From: a virus
Taxonomy: Duplodnaviria > Heunggongvirae > Uroviricota > Caudoviricetes
DNA length: 64,000 nucleotides
Virus record (IMG/VR): IMGVR_UViG_3300021255_000108
Span: 64,001-128,000 of that record
Direction: 5' to 3' (one strand)
The notes under the pieces are model-generated. The model had not been told where the DNA came from. It made no database searches and saw only the letters and a program-made list of their open reading frames with translations. This document shows, one piece after another, positions 26,084 through 37,830 of the stretch. Position 1 is the first letter of the stretch; each line of letters starts with the position of its first letter. Both the position numbers and the translations under genes were made by a program.

Positions 26084-27715
26084 TTAAAAAGTTCCCCAGA
26101 CTAAATCAATAACAGTTTTATTGTCTGCAACTGAGAGATCAAGAGAACTTGATTGAATTGTATCTGTAGCCGTAGGCTAACCGACTCTATCTTGAATGGT
26201 AAAATTAGTTGAAACGCTATTATCATTATTAGCAATTTTTGAAACTTCAAAATTTGTAATATTATTAATTGTGTCTTTTATTGTAATAGGTGTCGTAGTA
26301 ATACCAGTAATGTGTCCAGTACTATCACTTGTAACACCAGTTACCGCATTAAATGTTAAACTTGATCCATCGTTTTGAGTTACCGCAGTATTTACAGTGT
26401 CATTACGTTCAACAGTAGAATGATTAATAGCAATCTAAGTACTATCTTCACCACTAAAAGTAATATTTGTTCCAGCTTCAAATACAGTTAAAATGCCACG
26501 ACTATCTTCGAATGTAATTACTTGCGCTTCATCGTCATAAGTAAAGAAAAACCTATTTGTTTCATCAGAACCAGACGGAATATAAGTCCAATTAATAGGT
26601 TCTGTTAAGTAGCCATCAGTTTCTACTCCAGCAGCAATAAACATATCTCCTACACGACAATTCTAACCATTGTACATCGCCGCGGTAACAACTTTATAAG
26701 TATCTCCATTTTGTACATTTGTTGTTGGTAAAGTAGATACTGTTGCTCCAGTAATTGAACCGAGAGTGCCTCTAAATGTCATAGCATCTAACGCTTTTAA
26801 CTGATTACTAATTAAAGTATCTACTTGCCCAGTTGTATACACATCTAATACAGCAGTACCAGAAGCAAATATAGCGTCACTAGTACTTGTTTTACCGTAG
26901 GTAATTGTTGGTATTACAGGATCAGCGGGAGTTAAAATAGTCCCAACTGTATCTTTTAATGCTAAATTTAAATTACCATTATTATCAAAATCAGATGAAA
27001 ATTCAACATAATTTCCCGATCCAGTAAAAACAATATTTCCAGTAGCATCTTTAGTGATAGTTAATCCAGTAGAAGCTATTAAATTGATTGGATTAGGATC
27101 AACTTCAGTAGTATTAACTGTCTACCCTGAAGCATCAGTTCCGGTCTATTTATTATTAATATTAATTTTTACACCCTTATTGATTGCTTCAGTAGAAAAA
27201 GACGCACTTTCTTTTAAGTTTGCTGGATTAATAACGATATTAGCAACTACAGAATTTGAATCATCAGTTGTGTTATTACTAGTTATTTTTAATAAATCTG
27301 TATTTGAGCTTGTATAAGTTGTTGTTCCATTAACACCAATAGAATATCTATCTAAAATAGAAGTAGTTACAGTCGTTACATCATTGGCGGTATCAGCACT
27401 TTGATCTATACGACTAATTAAATTATTAATGGCAACCTATCCATTAACTTGTGCCCATACTCGTTTTGTAGCGTCCCATTTAGCTAAAATGTTTTCAGAA
27501 TTTGCATAGTATAAAGAATGCGGGTTTGGATTTTCAATAGCTGTAATTGCCGCCCAATTAGCATACTCAACAAAATCGCCAAGCCTAATTCGTTGATCTT
27601 CACCGATATCAACATACATTGCACGTTCATCGGTAGTAATATAAATAGTACCATTGTTAATAGGCTAATTATTTAAGCTACTTAATGTACCACGTTTAAA
27701 AAATACGTTCGCCAT
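26084..27715 (-). CDS. Tail fibre / branching fibre protein (code 15, 543 aa)
   Basis: ATG at 27715 (MANVFFKRGTL). Joins 27437..27619 and 26435..26644. Motifs LDAMTFRGTLG, NGDTYKV, CRVGDMFIA, and C-terminus DLVWGTF*. Confidence 0.75.
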
Positions 27716-27728
27716 TTACTCACCACCC

Positions 27729-28664
27729 TTATCCTTGCATATTTATCCACTCTAAATCATTCTGCGGATATGACCAATTACCAGTAGAATCTAAATACAT
27801 TGTTGAAGTTAATCCACTCGGCGCACGCACTATACCACTTATAGAACCATTAAAATATGGTATTCTAATTTCACCATTTACTGGAACGATTTCAGTATCG
27901 CCGCCATAAAATTTCATTTTTTCAACGTCTTCAATTCTTTTGACTAAACCAGTAGAAACATCTGGCGCCACACCGATACTACCGACTAAAGTTTTTAAAG
28001 ATTGTACATCTTGTTTTAATGCCGTTAAATCTGTTGCGATACCTTCAGCAGTAGTAGGATTAGGTTCATACCAACCAATTACTAAATTGCCATTATCGTC
28101 ACTATAAACTCTTGGCGTTAATCCACTTTTCCAAGGATGTTCATTATCAACGATCTATTCGACATAATCTTCTTGTTCAGCATCCCAAGCAAAATACTTT
28201 TCACCATACCCGGCTAAACTAACAATACCGCTATTTTCATCTTGTACAATAGATTTATTATCAACAGCTATAGTAGCCTATGTTAATTTTTCATCTAATG
28301 TATGCCCATCGCTAAAAATAACTTCATTACTATGAATAGTGCCAGTTAATTTATACCAATCTGGTTCATCTCCTGTACTAAGAGCATAAACAAAGATATC
28401 TTTATTTCCTGAACTATCTTCAATGACCATTATGTCATCTAAAATGGGGGCTTTATCCCCAATAATACGAGCGATAGCATTTGCATCTGCCTCGCCGCTA
28501 TTACGATTACCAAAATAATAATGCGCCGTACCAATTCGAGTTAGTCCTTTATATAACTCATTTGTATCTTCTAAGAAGTATAAAGCATTACTTTGTATTG
28601 ATCCGCCTTCTATTTCAGCATCATATGCCGCACGAGAGCCAAATTTAAATAGCACTTTCGCCAT
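27729..28664 (-). CDS. Putative fibre-associated protein (code 15, 311 aa)
   Basis: 28278..28664 and 27729..27971 share one frame. N-terminus MAKVLFKFGSRAAYDA...NALYFLEDTNELYKG. AAGGAG RBS. Confidence 0.7.
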
Positions 28665-28727
28665 TTATTCTCAACTCCTTCGGTCTTCATTCTTTTATAA
28701 CTCAAAAATGTCAATAAACAATTTAAG

Positions 28728-28749
28728 AGGGGAGACCAAAGTCTCCCCT
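28728..28749 (-). terminator. Hairpin, probable terminator at the end of the GC-rich island
   Basis: AGGGGAGAC-TTTG-GTCTCCCCT; the U-tract is weak. Confidence 0.5.
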
Positions 28750-28755
28750 ATATAA

Positions 28756-29238
28756 TTACGCGGATTTCCATATCTTCAGGCTTACTTCCCCTTCGCCTGA
28801 AATCTCGGAAAAAGCCGAAGCCTATCCATTTTTATGTACCTGAGATGTCACTGCACCAGTTTGACGCACAATCATAATATCTGCCTCAAGCAATCCTGAA
28901 CTACACAGAACACGGAAGGAAAAACATAGACCGCTTCCAGACGGTCGGCAAATACTAAGTGGAGTAGACCAACCCTGAGCCTACAGGCAGGCCGTATAAA
29001 GTCCTTCCTCAATCAAGTCTCCCTCTGCTGTCATCTCTGTGTCTCGACAAGCCGTAACAGAAATCAGCTTCCCAGGCAACACAGCCTCAAGGCTCTGAGC
29101 CAAAACATTCCCATCTTCATCCACCGACAAGACCTATCCGGCTTTCGCAGCTCCCTGACTCTTGTCCACCTTGCCATCCAAACGATTTTTGATTATCCCC
29201 GCAAACCCTTTCAGGCCCGTTTCATCTAAATATGCCAT
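28756..29238 (-). CDS. GC-rich fibre-like protein (code 15, 160 aa), absent from the supplied ORF track
   Basis: GAGGAG RBS, then MAYLDETGLKGFAGIIKNRLDGKVDKSQG. Three in-frame TAGs and TAA at 28756. Confidence 0.7.
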
Positions 29239-29251
29239 ATTATAACTCTCC

Positions 29252-29674
29252 TCATAGTCCCACTGTCTGTACAGCACTTTCGATTTCTGTTGACGTCATA
29301 GCAGTCAGACCATCCAGCTTGATCTTATCCGCTGGAGTCATAAGCCCAGACTTACTCTAGGTGGCAGAGGAATATGTCGTATTGCTAGCAGGGATCCCTA
29401 ATGCGGTAATGTCTGATTTACGTACAGCGGTTCCGGCCGTGACGTGACCAAGGGCGTCCACTGTTACCTTATACATTCCAGAAGAAAGTGTCTGTCCCTG
29501 TGGATGCACGTACCGATTCGCCCGCTCCTCGATTCCTGAGAGCTTTTCCTTTTCCGCCGCTGTAAAATCAGCGTGGGAAAGTCCCTTTCCTTCTTCCTTG
29601 TCAACTTTTCCATCTAATAAACGTAGAATACCAGCATAAAACCGGCTAAGCCCACCGGCATCTAATACCTTCAT
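29252..29674 (-). CDS. GC-rich fibre-like protein (code 15, 140 aa)
   Basis: Supplied 29357..29674 reads through TAG into SSAT(Q)SKSGLMTPADKIKLDGL, a common phage-fibre motif, and ends at TGA. Also contains DKEEGKGLS..DFTAAEKEKLSGIE and YVHP motifs. Confidence 0.8.
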
Positions 29675-29689
29675 ATTATATTAATCTCC

Positions 29690-30127
29690 TTACTAGAACA
29701 GCGCATCAATCTCACTGTCCGTAATCGCATCCACAGCAAATAATTCACCAAGTGCGTCCCATTCTTCTCCAGTCCACGCATAATTTATGCCACGAGCTTT
29801 TACATCCCAAACATCGCCCGCAGAAGCATTTTTTGGTAAATCTGAAACAGTATTTACGCTACCTTTAAAACGATATACATTAGTTAAATCAATACCGCTA
29901 TTTAATATTATCTATTTAAGCTAAGCAGCCGTAATAGTTACTTCATCATTTGTACCCATTCCAAGAGTTAAACTACCGGATAATTTATCTTTATCTGTCC
30001 AAATGGCTTTTTTGTTATCATCAATAGTTAATACAGTACCGGGCATTGGATTAGAAGGGAGAGAACTTCCTCCTCCATTTGATTTACCTTTTAATGCAAT
30101 CGCCGCAGCTAAAGTTTCAATATCCAT
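29690..30127 (-). CDS. Short fibre-module protein (code 15, 145 aa)
   Basis: 29921..30127 extends through TAGs to TAA at 29690. Contains YRFKGSVNTVSDLP...GDVWDV...NYAWTGEEWDALG. Confidence 0.75.
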
Positions 30128-30133
30128 AATTAA

Positions 30134-30403
30134 TTACCCCTCTGATATTTCCTATGTTTCAGTGATAGAATGCCATATACCAAAAACATCTAATTGATAC
30201 ATACTTTCAAAACCTGCAATATAAGCAATAGTGCCTGGTTTATATTCGTCTTTAATAAGAGGTAAATCATCTGGACTAGTAATTAAAACAGTTTGTAACT
30301 TTTCTGCTTTATGTAAAACACCATTTTCATCTATATAATCATATTTAGAAGTAATACCCTATGTGCGCTCGGCTGGATTTTTTATATAGGTTTCAATAGG
30401 CAT
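30134..30403 (-). CDS. Hypothetical protein (code 15, 89 aa)
   Basis: GAGGG RBS, ATG at 30403, two TAGs, TAA at 30134. Fills the gap between its neighbours exactly. Confidence 0.6.
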
Positions 30404-30406
30404 AAA

Positions 30407-32326
30407 TTATCCCTCATTTCCATTCAATAACTACAATAGTTGATTTAGTTTCTCGGCTGTTATTGTAACTTCATTCACTGTGCCTGCGCCAAGTGTTAAA
30501 CTGCCAGCGAGCGTTTCATTTCCGCTCCAATCCAATGTGCGGGCATTAGAACGAGTAGTACTATCACCATTACCGACAATTTCAACATAATTACCACGCT
30601 ATTCTTGAAGGACTACTTCTTCTTCGGTAACCTTATCTTCTACATTATATTCGCCAAAAACGTGTGTAGATTTATGCCAAGCAACAGTATGATCACCTTC
30701 AGTATGTGAGCCTAAACCAGCGGCATTGGTCTCTAAACCTTCAGCGTGCGCTCCACGCTTAGCGGCAATAGATTCAACGCCTTCTGCGTGCGCAGCATAG
30801 GCATACGCTTTCGTTGAATCGCCTTCTGCATATGAATACTAGCCGGATGCTTCTATATCAGTACCATTATTAGCAACAATAGAATTATTTTCCCCTTTAA
30901 TAAACGCTCTAGTGCCTATTGCATCATTAATAGCTGTATCTCTAGCTGTTATTTCAGTACTAATCTACTTCTACAATTTAGCGATAGCCGCATTTAGACT
31001 ATCAGTGGCTTCAACAGCCGCATTATCCTATCCTAATTGATAACCTTTTAAAGTCAATGAACCTATATCTACACGAGTAGTAGATAATGCTCCTGAACTA
31101 GCCGTTAAACTCAATTGTGTAATAACATCACTGCCACTGGCCTGTACATCAGTCAAAGAAGGCTGTGGAATTGTTACTGTAACAACATTATTATTAGAAC
31201 TATATGCTATTACGTGCCCAGCCTAATCAGTAGTAAATGAACACACAGGTTTAGGAATATTAAAAGTGCCACCAAAACTTGGTGTTTGCGCTGTAGTTGA
31301 ATATTCTAATTTATGTTCTCCTGCGGTAAGAGCGCTTATCGCATGACTAAATGTAATGCAATCATTCGTATCCTAAGTCTAAGTATTTGTTCCAGCACGA
31401 TTGGCCGCAATATTTATCCATTTATTACCTGCATATAATGTTAAAACATCTGTTAGATTATCGGCAACACAACTACCTGGTACGTGCCCAACAGTATTAG
31501 TCACCCCTTCTGGAATTGCGGCAGTAGCAACAGCAATCTCTTTAAAATTTTTAGGCATAGTATAAGTATGTTTATGTCTAGACAATACATGCCCCGCCGC
31601 ATCAAATGTAAAAGTATCAACGTTAAACGACTCTGTAACATTTGTATCATTAAAATCAGTACTGCCAACATCATCTGTAATTTTCTAAACTAAATGTCCA
31701 ATAGTAAATGAATCGTCCGCCGCATTTGAAAAGATCTTAATCCATTGATTAGAAGGTGTGACTGTAATAGTGTCTCCATTGTTGTCAGCAACAATAGTAT
31801 CTTTATTACCGATGGGATTGGTTGCTAATTCACTTTCCGCACCAAAAGTAATGGTTTTAAACACACGTAAATCTAATAATCTATCATCTATTGTTTCTGT
31901 ACGATTATTTAAAACTGTTGCAATTTTATCTAATGACTCTAAACCATCATTATTCGCAGCACGTAAATTATTATTATCACTTGAACGCCCTTCCTCAGTA
32001 TTTAAATTCTTTATTTCCTAAGAACTGCGTCCATCAGATAATTGTTCAAGTTGTGAAGGCGCGCGCCCATATAACTCACGCAAAATAATATCATAATCTG
32101 CTAATTTATCATTCAATCTATCTGATTCTTTATTGCCGATTTGAACATCTTTTGCGTGTACCAATGGATATGTACCAGTACCTTTTTGCGTTAAACCAGC
32201 AGGTATTTCTACTGTTCCTCTATATGTTTCTGTAGAAGGAATAGTAGAAATATTATAAAAATTTTTCTAATAGGGATATAAATTGGTGAATAAATCACCA
32301 TATTTTGGATTTTGTATATCAGCCAT
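30407..32326 (-). CDS. Tail fibre with YadA/Hep-Hag-like HAEG beta-roll head repeats (code 15, 639 aa)
   Basis: AAGGAGG RBS and ATG at 32326. In frame with 31379..31585. Repeats SYAEG/AHAEG/AHAEG/SHTEG followed by EIVGNGDSTTRSNARTLDWSGNETLAG. Confidence 0.8.
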
Positions 32327-32337
32327 ACTATCCCTCC

Positions 32338-35196
32338 TTATTCATAAATTTCTACTTCAATAGTACCTAATGAAGTGTTTGTTGTGCGGTATATGTGCTA
32401 TTGTGCATCAAACAAATCAAAACCACCATATTGATTGTCTATAAATAAACGATAATTTGCTGATGGAACTTTAATATATAAATATTGATCTTGGCCAATA
32501 GTAAATTTATTCTTTAATTCATTATATAATTTTTGAGATGCACCTAATGTTATATTAGAAACTTCCTTCGTGATAGCGTATTGATAACTTTCTAAATGCT
32601 TAATTGTAATACTTTGTAATGTCTGTATTTCTCGTTCATCCATTATATATAAAGTAATTACAATATCTGTATCTCCCATTTTTACACTATTAGTAAAATC
32701 AATTATACCAGACTACGTTAGATAATCTTGATTATTAATACGTTCTACGATTGTCTAACGTTCGCCATCATTAATTTTATACTAAATACTTTTCCAAGGA
32801 GTGTGCAAATCATATTTACAATGCCAAACTACAAAAGTATCTTTAATAGCAGTGGTATCTTCTGCATAAAAATCAGTAACACGTTTTACAATATTATGCT
32901 ATATGTCAGATAATTCTTCAGAGATTTTATTAAAAGCATTTCCAACAGTATCACAATTAGTATCCTTTTTACTTGTGGCGCTATTTAATTCATGATATGT
33001 ACTATTGCCCCAATATAAACTATTAAAATATTTTTGAGCATTATTTTTAATAGCAAAAGTTTCCAATTTATAATCTACAGGTAATTTCCAATGTCCACCG
33101 CAGTCTAATATTTCTTGATTGTCAACAGACGCAAAATATGGATACTCAACAGTATTACCAAAACTTCCATTGACATATTCTTGCATATTAACTATTTGAC
33201 CATGGTCATTTGTCATAAGCAATCTATGCGGTTGTAATTGACTATCTACATTACTAATCATATCTTTTAAAATATTAATACAACCAGCAATAGTATCCAT
33301 TGTGCGCAACGTTGGATTTGTATCGCCCAATAGTTCGTGTAAACGAGTGATTAATCCATATACGCTGTCTTCTTTTATATTATCTACTTCAGTTAATTTC
33401 CAACTATCAAAGGGCGCGTAAAAAGTAGCAATTGGCTCAACTGTGTTATTATTAGACAACGTAATTCCATAATTAGACCTATTTACTTTTTTATAGACAT
33501 TATCTGTATCTAAGTAATATAAATCAGCTTCTGCAAATTCAACTTGTGTAGATAATGGATCATCATTGTCTGTATAATAATACCAAACTTTATCTTTCTC
33601 ATTATAATGCACCTATATGAATTGCGGGCTATATGTATAAGCAAAAAAATGCTCTTTTACTAACTATTGTGGATCAGTATCCTTTTTAAGAGTATAATAC
33701 AAATATTTTGTATCTTCTTTATTAAAAGATTTTGCTATATTGTTAATTGCTATCTTTAAATCATCTTCATTGCCATTTTGTACTGCTTGAGCGACTGTGA
33801 TAACATCACCGTCAATTTTAGTTAGATTAGGTTCAATATCCACTAATGATTTAATTGTATAACCTAACATATCGCGCATTTCATTGATAGCACCTAAAGC
33901 AGAATCTGGAGAATAAGAAATATGACGCTTTAAAACACTTTCACCATTTGTTTCAATATCAACACCATCATCGCCACGACGAGTTGCTAAATCAGTATAA
34001 CGTATTGACACTTCGGAATCACTTTTGGTATGTGTATTTTCCTGACTAATATTATGATCATAATTATACAACGTATCCCATACTTCACAAATGGCATCAC
34101 CCAATATCGGTAAATGGACGTACCATTCCATTATATCTGCCCTAGTAGTACCTTCTTCTTTTGTACCATCCATATTTATTGTATCATAATATAGTCTGCC
34201 ACTATGATCGACTTCATAATTAATTGTATTAACAATTTCAGATTTACCATTATTTTGTGGAGTCATATGTCTATAATTACGACTAAACCCTCGTTTATTA
34301 TAATATATGTCTCCCTATTCAGTACGTGGAGCAGTTATATCGCTTAAAGTCTGATTTCCAAAATCATCCGGCGCACTCCAAGTTCGTACTGAACGTGAAA
34401 CATTCTCATCAGATAAATTGACAGGATCTTTCATTGGAATGCGTTCACCTGTAGTAGTGTCGTAATAATTTGTATTAGTTTTATTCGCTGATCTAATAGA
34501 GACTCCCCAATCAGCCTAATCGTGTAAAAAATAATCAATATTGGTGGTCGTATCTCTATCAAAATATGGAGCGACTGGAACATTACTTGGCGGATCAACA
34601 ATTAAATGGAAATTAGGAACAACTGTATTTAATTCTGAAACTAATACATATCTATATTTATTCGTTTCAACATCATATGTTTTTCTCCAAGCAGTTGAAT
34701 CATATCCTCTACCGTATTTTGTAACATCCATATTATAACTAGCAGTATAAGGAGTTGCATTCGGTTCTACTTTAACATATGCTCCAGTTGCTGTTTCTGT
34801 ATATGTTGCACCATCTGGAATTAAATCTTGACGCGTGGTACTATAAGTATTTTCTCCAATTCTATATACATAAATTGTTTTAGATGGTTCCCCTCCATCT
34901 CTCCATATGTAAAACGGGTTAGCTGAATGGTCTAAAGCCAAATCTAAATATATCTATCCATCTTTAGGCGTCTAAATCATATTCAACGGTCCAGAATAAG
35001 ACGTATTATAAAACATACCGTCATTTGGATTATAATAAGCACTAATAGGTGGAGCATCATATTCAACTAAAACATAACGTCCTATAAATACACCATCAGT
35101 TTGTGCATTAGTCTCCATTAAAGTTCTACTACTATATGTTATATCGAAGGAGAAAGCAGTTTTATTACTACTAGATACATTACCATAAAAACCCAT
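32338..35196 (-). CDS. Tail/baseplate-associated structural protein (code 15, 952 aa)
   Basis: Five supplied fragments (34972..35196 to 32398..32679) share one frame and end at TAA 32338. N-terminus MGFYGNV...DGVFIGRYVLVEYD. Confidence 0.75.
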
Positions 35197-35204
35197 CTAT
35201 TTTC

Positions 35205-35552
35205 TCACTCCGTTTCATATATATAATCTATAATTAAATAAGCATTAGGATTATTATCTATCATAGTTAAAGAAGCATTATCAAACTATATATCAGTTAT
35301 ATTTGATAAGCCATCTACATCTAACTCATAAATGCCAGTTGCCCCAATAATAATTGGCGTAGTGTGGTTATTTACATAAAATTTTACACCAGGCATAGTC
35401 TATACACCTAACTAAACAATAGGATATACAGAATTAAAAATATTACCATAGCGCAAACTATTTCGAGTTAAATCTGATGGATAATTCGCTTTTTGAGTAG
35501 AACTGCTATTATTAGGACCATAATAGCGGATCTATCCTATTTTTTTAGCCAT
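35205..35552 (-). CDS. Small baseplate-associated protein (code 15, 115 aa), absent from the supplied ORF track
   Basis: AAGGAGG RBS, then MAKKIG(Q)IRYYG...(Q)LGV(Q)TMPGVKFYVN...IIIGATGIYELD, ending at TGA 35205. Confidence 0.7.
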
Positions 35553-35565
35553 CTCCATTTCCTCC

Positions 35566-37830
35566 TTATATAATACGATCAGTTACGCGGGTAGCATTAA
35601 CGCTCATCATACCATTATATGCTAATGGAATACTTAAAGAATTAATTAAATATTCACCATTAATTCCCGTTGACTAATCTTCTATCTAAATACGAGTATT
35701 CGGTTCTAAATAATAAATTGGTATACTACTAAATGTTATTTGCTCCTGAAAATATGTAGATTCATATACCATATTATCTAATACTTCTTTTGCGCTTTTA
35801 CCCTACGAACTACGTTTTAAATAATTAGAATATGGTGGAACAATATTGATTTTAACATATGCCAATTTTTCTTCACCAGGTACATCTTTATAATCTTCAT
35901 TTACAAACAGTAAATTAGGAGTATCTCTAAAATAGATGGCTTTTACCTGATCATCATTAACTGTTTTTGCCCGTCTACCAATCACAGGTACACTATATTG
36001 ATACAATGCTCCATATTCGTTATTATCAAGAAAATCAATCCAAAAAATTAACTATTCTGGATTTTTAAAGGCAATTGTATACGTTTTTGTGATTTTATCT
36101 TCAGTAACAGTAAATAAATCTGGATTCCAATATTTGTTTTCTTGCCATTTACTCCACTCTTCAGCGGTTAAATCACTTTTTGTATATACTGGATCTCCAT
36201 TATCATCAAGAGCAATAGTTCCATCATCGTTATAAACATAATTAATTCTATTACTTGACCTATATAGCTGCGGCCAAAACGCCAGCATATCTGCATAATA
36301 AGCATCATATCCAGTATTAAATCCAACTTCAGTATGCTCATTAGCCCATATCTATTTTAATTCTAATAAACCATCTTTTTCTTCGCCGTCTGGCATTCCA
36401 TTTATTAATTCATCAATATAGTCCATATTATTAATTTTTTCTTTATATTTTTTATTTAAATTATCTTTTGCCATTTGATAAATTAATTCTCGCCAATCAT
36501 AATCTCCAGTAACAACTTCTCCAGCCCCATTAATAAATGAATAATTATCAGAAACAAATAATTTATTTTCTGTTAAACTATAATACATCTATGGCTTAAT
36601 ATCAATAGCATATCTTAAATGTATTGGTAACTATTTACCCGAACTATTTGTTCTTTTACCCCATACAGAAAAATCATTTCGAATAGCATTCATCTATGGC
36701 TTATTCTAAAAACTTTCTATAAGATAACCACTCATAAAACTATATACATTAGCTGAACTATTTGCTACTGTGTCATAATAAGTCTCATCTTCATTGATTA
36801 TGGCGTTGCTCCAACTTGAATTAAAATAAATTTTCTTGCGCTAAAAGATAAAATTTCCGTTTGTATCATAATAATATTCAAATTCACCAAGCATTTTAAC
36901 AATTTTATCTAACATCTATGTAATAGTGCCACCAATATCAACAATTAAATCATCATTATATGTTAAATCAACCGCACGATATCCAACTGTTGTACTCTTA
37001 TCACCATCAGGATCTACTCTTTTACAAAAATGAAGACGAGCATCTATCTCTCTTACTTCATTTCCATCCATATCTACATAAAAATCATCTGTACGATTTT
37101 TATTTTGTTCCCAAATTTTTTCTAATGTAGAACCGATTGGTGTACCACTAAAAGCTATCTACGATGTCCAAACACCATCAGTGCCCAAACGCTATTCGAA
37201 TACATACATAATACTTTTATGCCCAATATAATCTAATAATTCTACACCACAACTATCCAAATCATTGATGATAATTTTACTATAAGGTTCTTGCGCATAT
37301 GTATGAACGGCTTCTCTGATAATAGTATAAATTGGAATTTTTTCTTTTACAATAGTACCATCTTTTTTATAATTATAAATGGTACCAAAATCATGTGAAG
37401 CAAATAGGGCGCCACCCACTTCTCCATTTAATAAACACATTTTATCTTTTCCAGAAATACTCATTGAAAATCCAGAACTATTTAATGTTGAACTAAATGA
37501 AGATAATACATACTCACCAAGAGGAAACCAAATGATGTCATCATATTGACTATCAATAACATTTTTTAAACCAATCTATAATTTAAATTTAGTGCGCAAC
37601 GCCCAATCTAAATCATTAACTTGAATATTATTAGTAATTAAAGTAAGGTTACAAGTGCGGCGGACCGCACTTGAACCATTTATATTAACTGTTCCACCAG
37701 TAACATTACCTGTAATTTCGGCTATTGGTTCACCATCAACAGAAAGAGTGATGACTTTAGCGTAAACTTCTTTATGCCGGTACTGATCTAACTTGATTAA
37801 AAAATCTTTATCTAATAAAGGATCAATCAT
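35566..37830 (-). CDS. Baseplate hub-like protein (DUF5048-like; code 15, 754 aa)
   Basis: Five supplied fragments share one frame. Motifs GTVNINGSSAVRRTCNLTL, IIWFPLGEY, ISGKDKMCLLNGEVGG, and C-terminal SIPLAYNGMMSVNATRV. Confidence 0.7.

Larger units (their letters stand above)
28756..29800. other. GC-rich (~50%) island within the ~30% GC fibre locus
   Basis: Hand counts: 30/60 GC at 28921-28980 and 33/60 at 29401-29460, versus 19/60 at 27181-27240. Confidence 0.85.

Noticed and set aside
28756-29800. IS element or other self-mobile element as the identity of the GC-rich island
   Set aside because: There is no transposase or integrase and no terminal repeats. It encodes fibre-like proteins in the same orientation as the operon.
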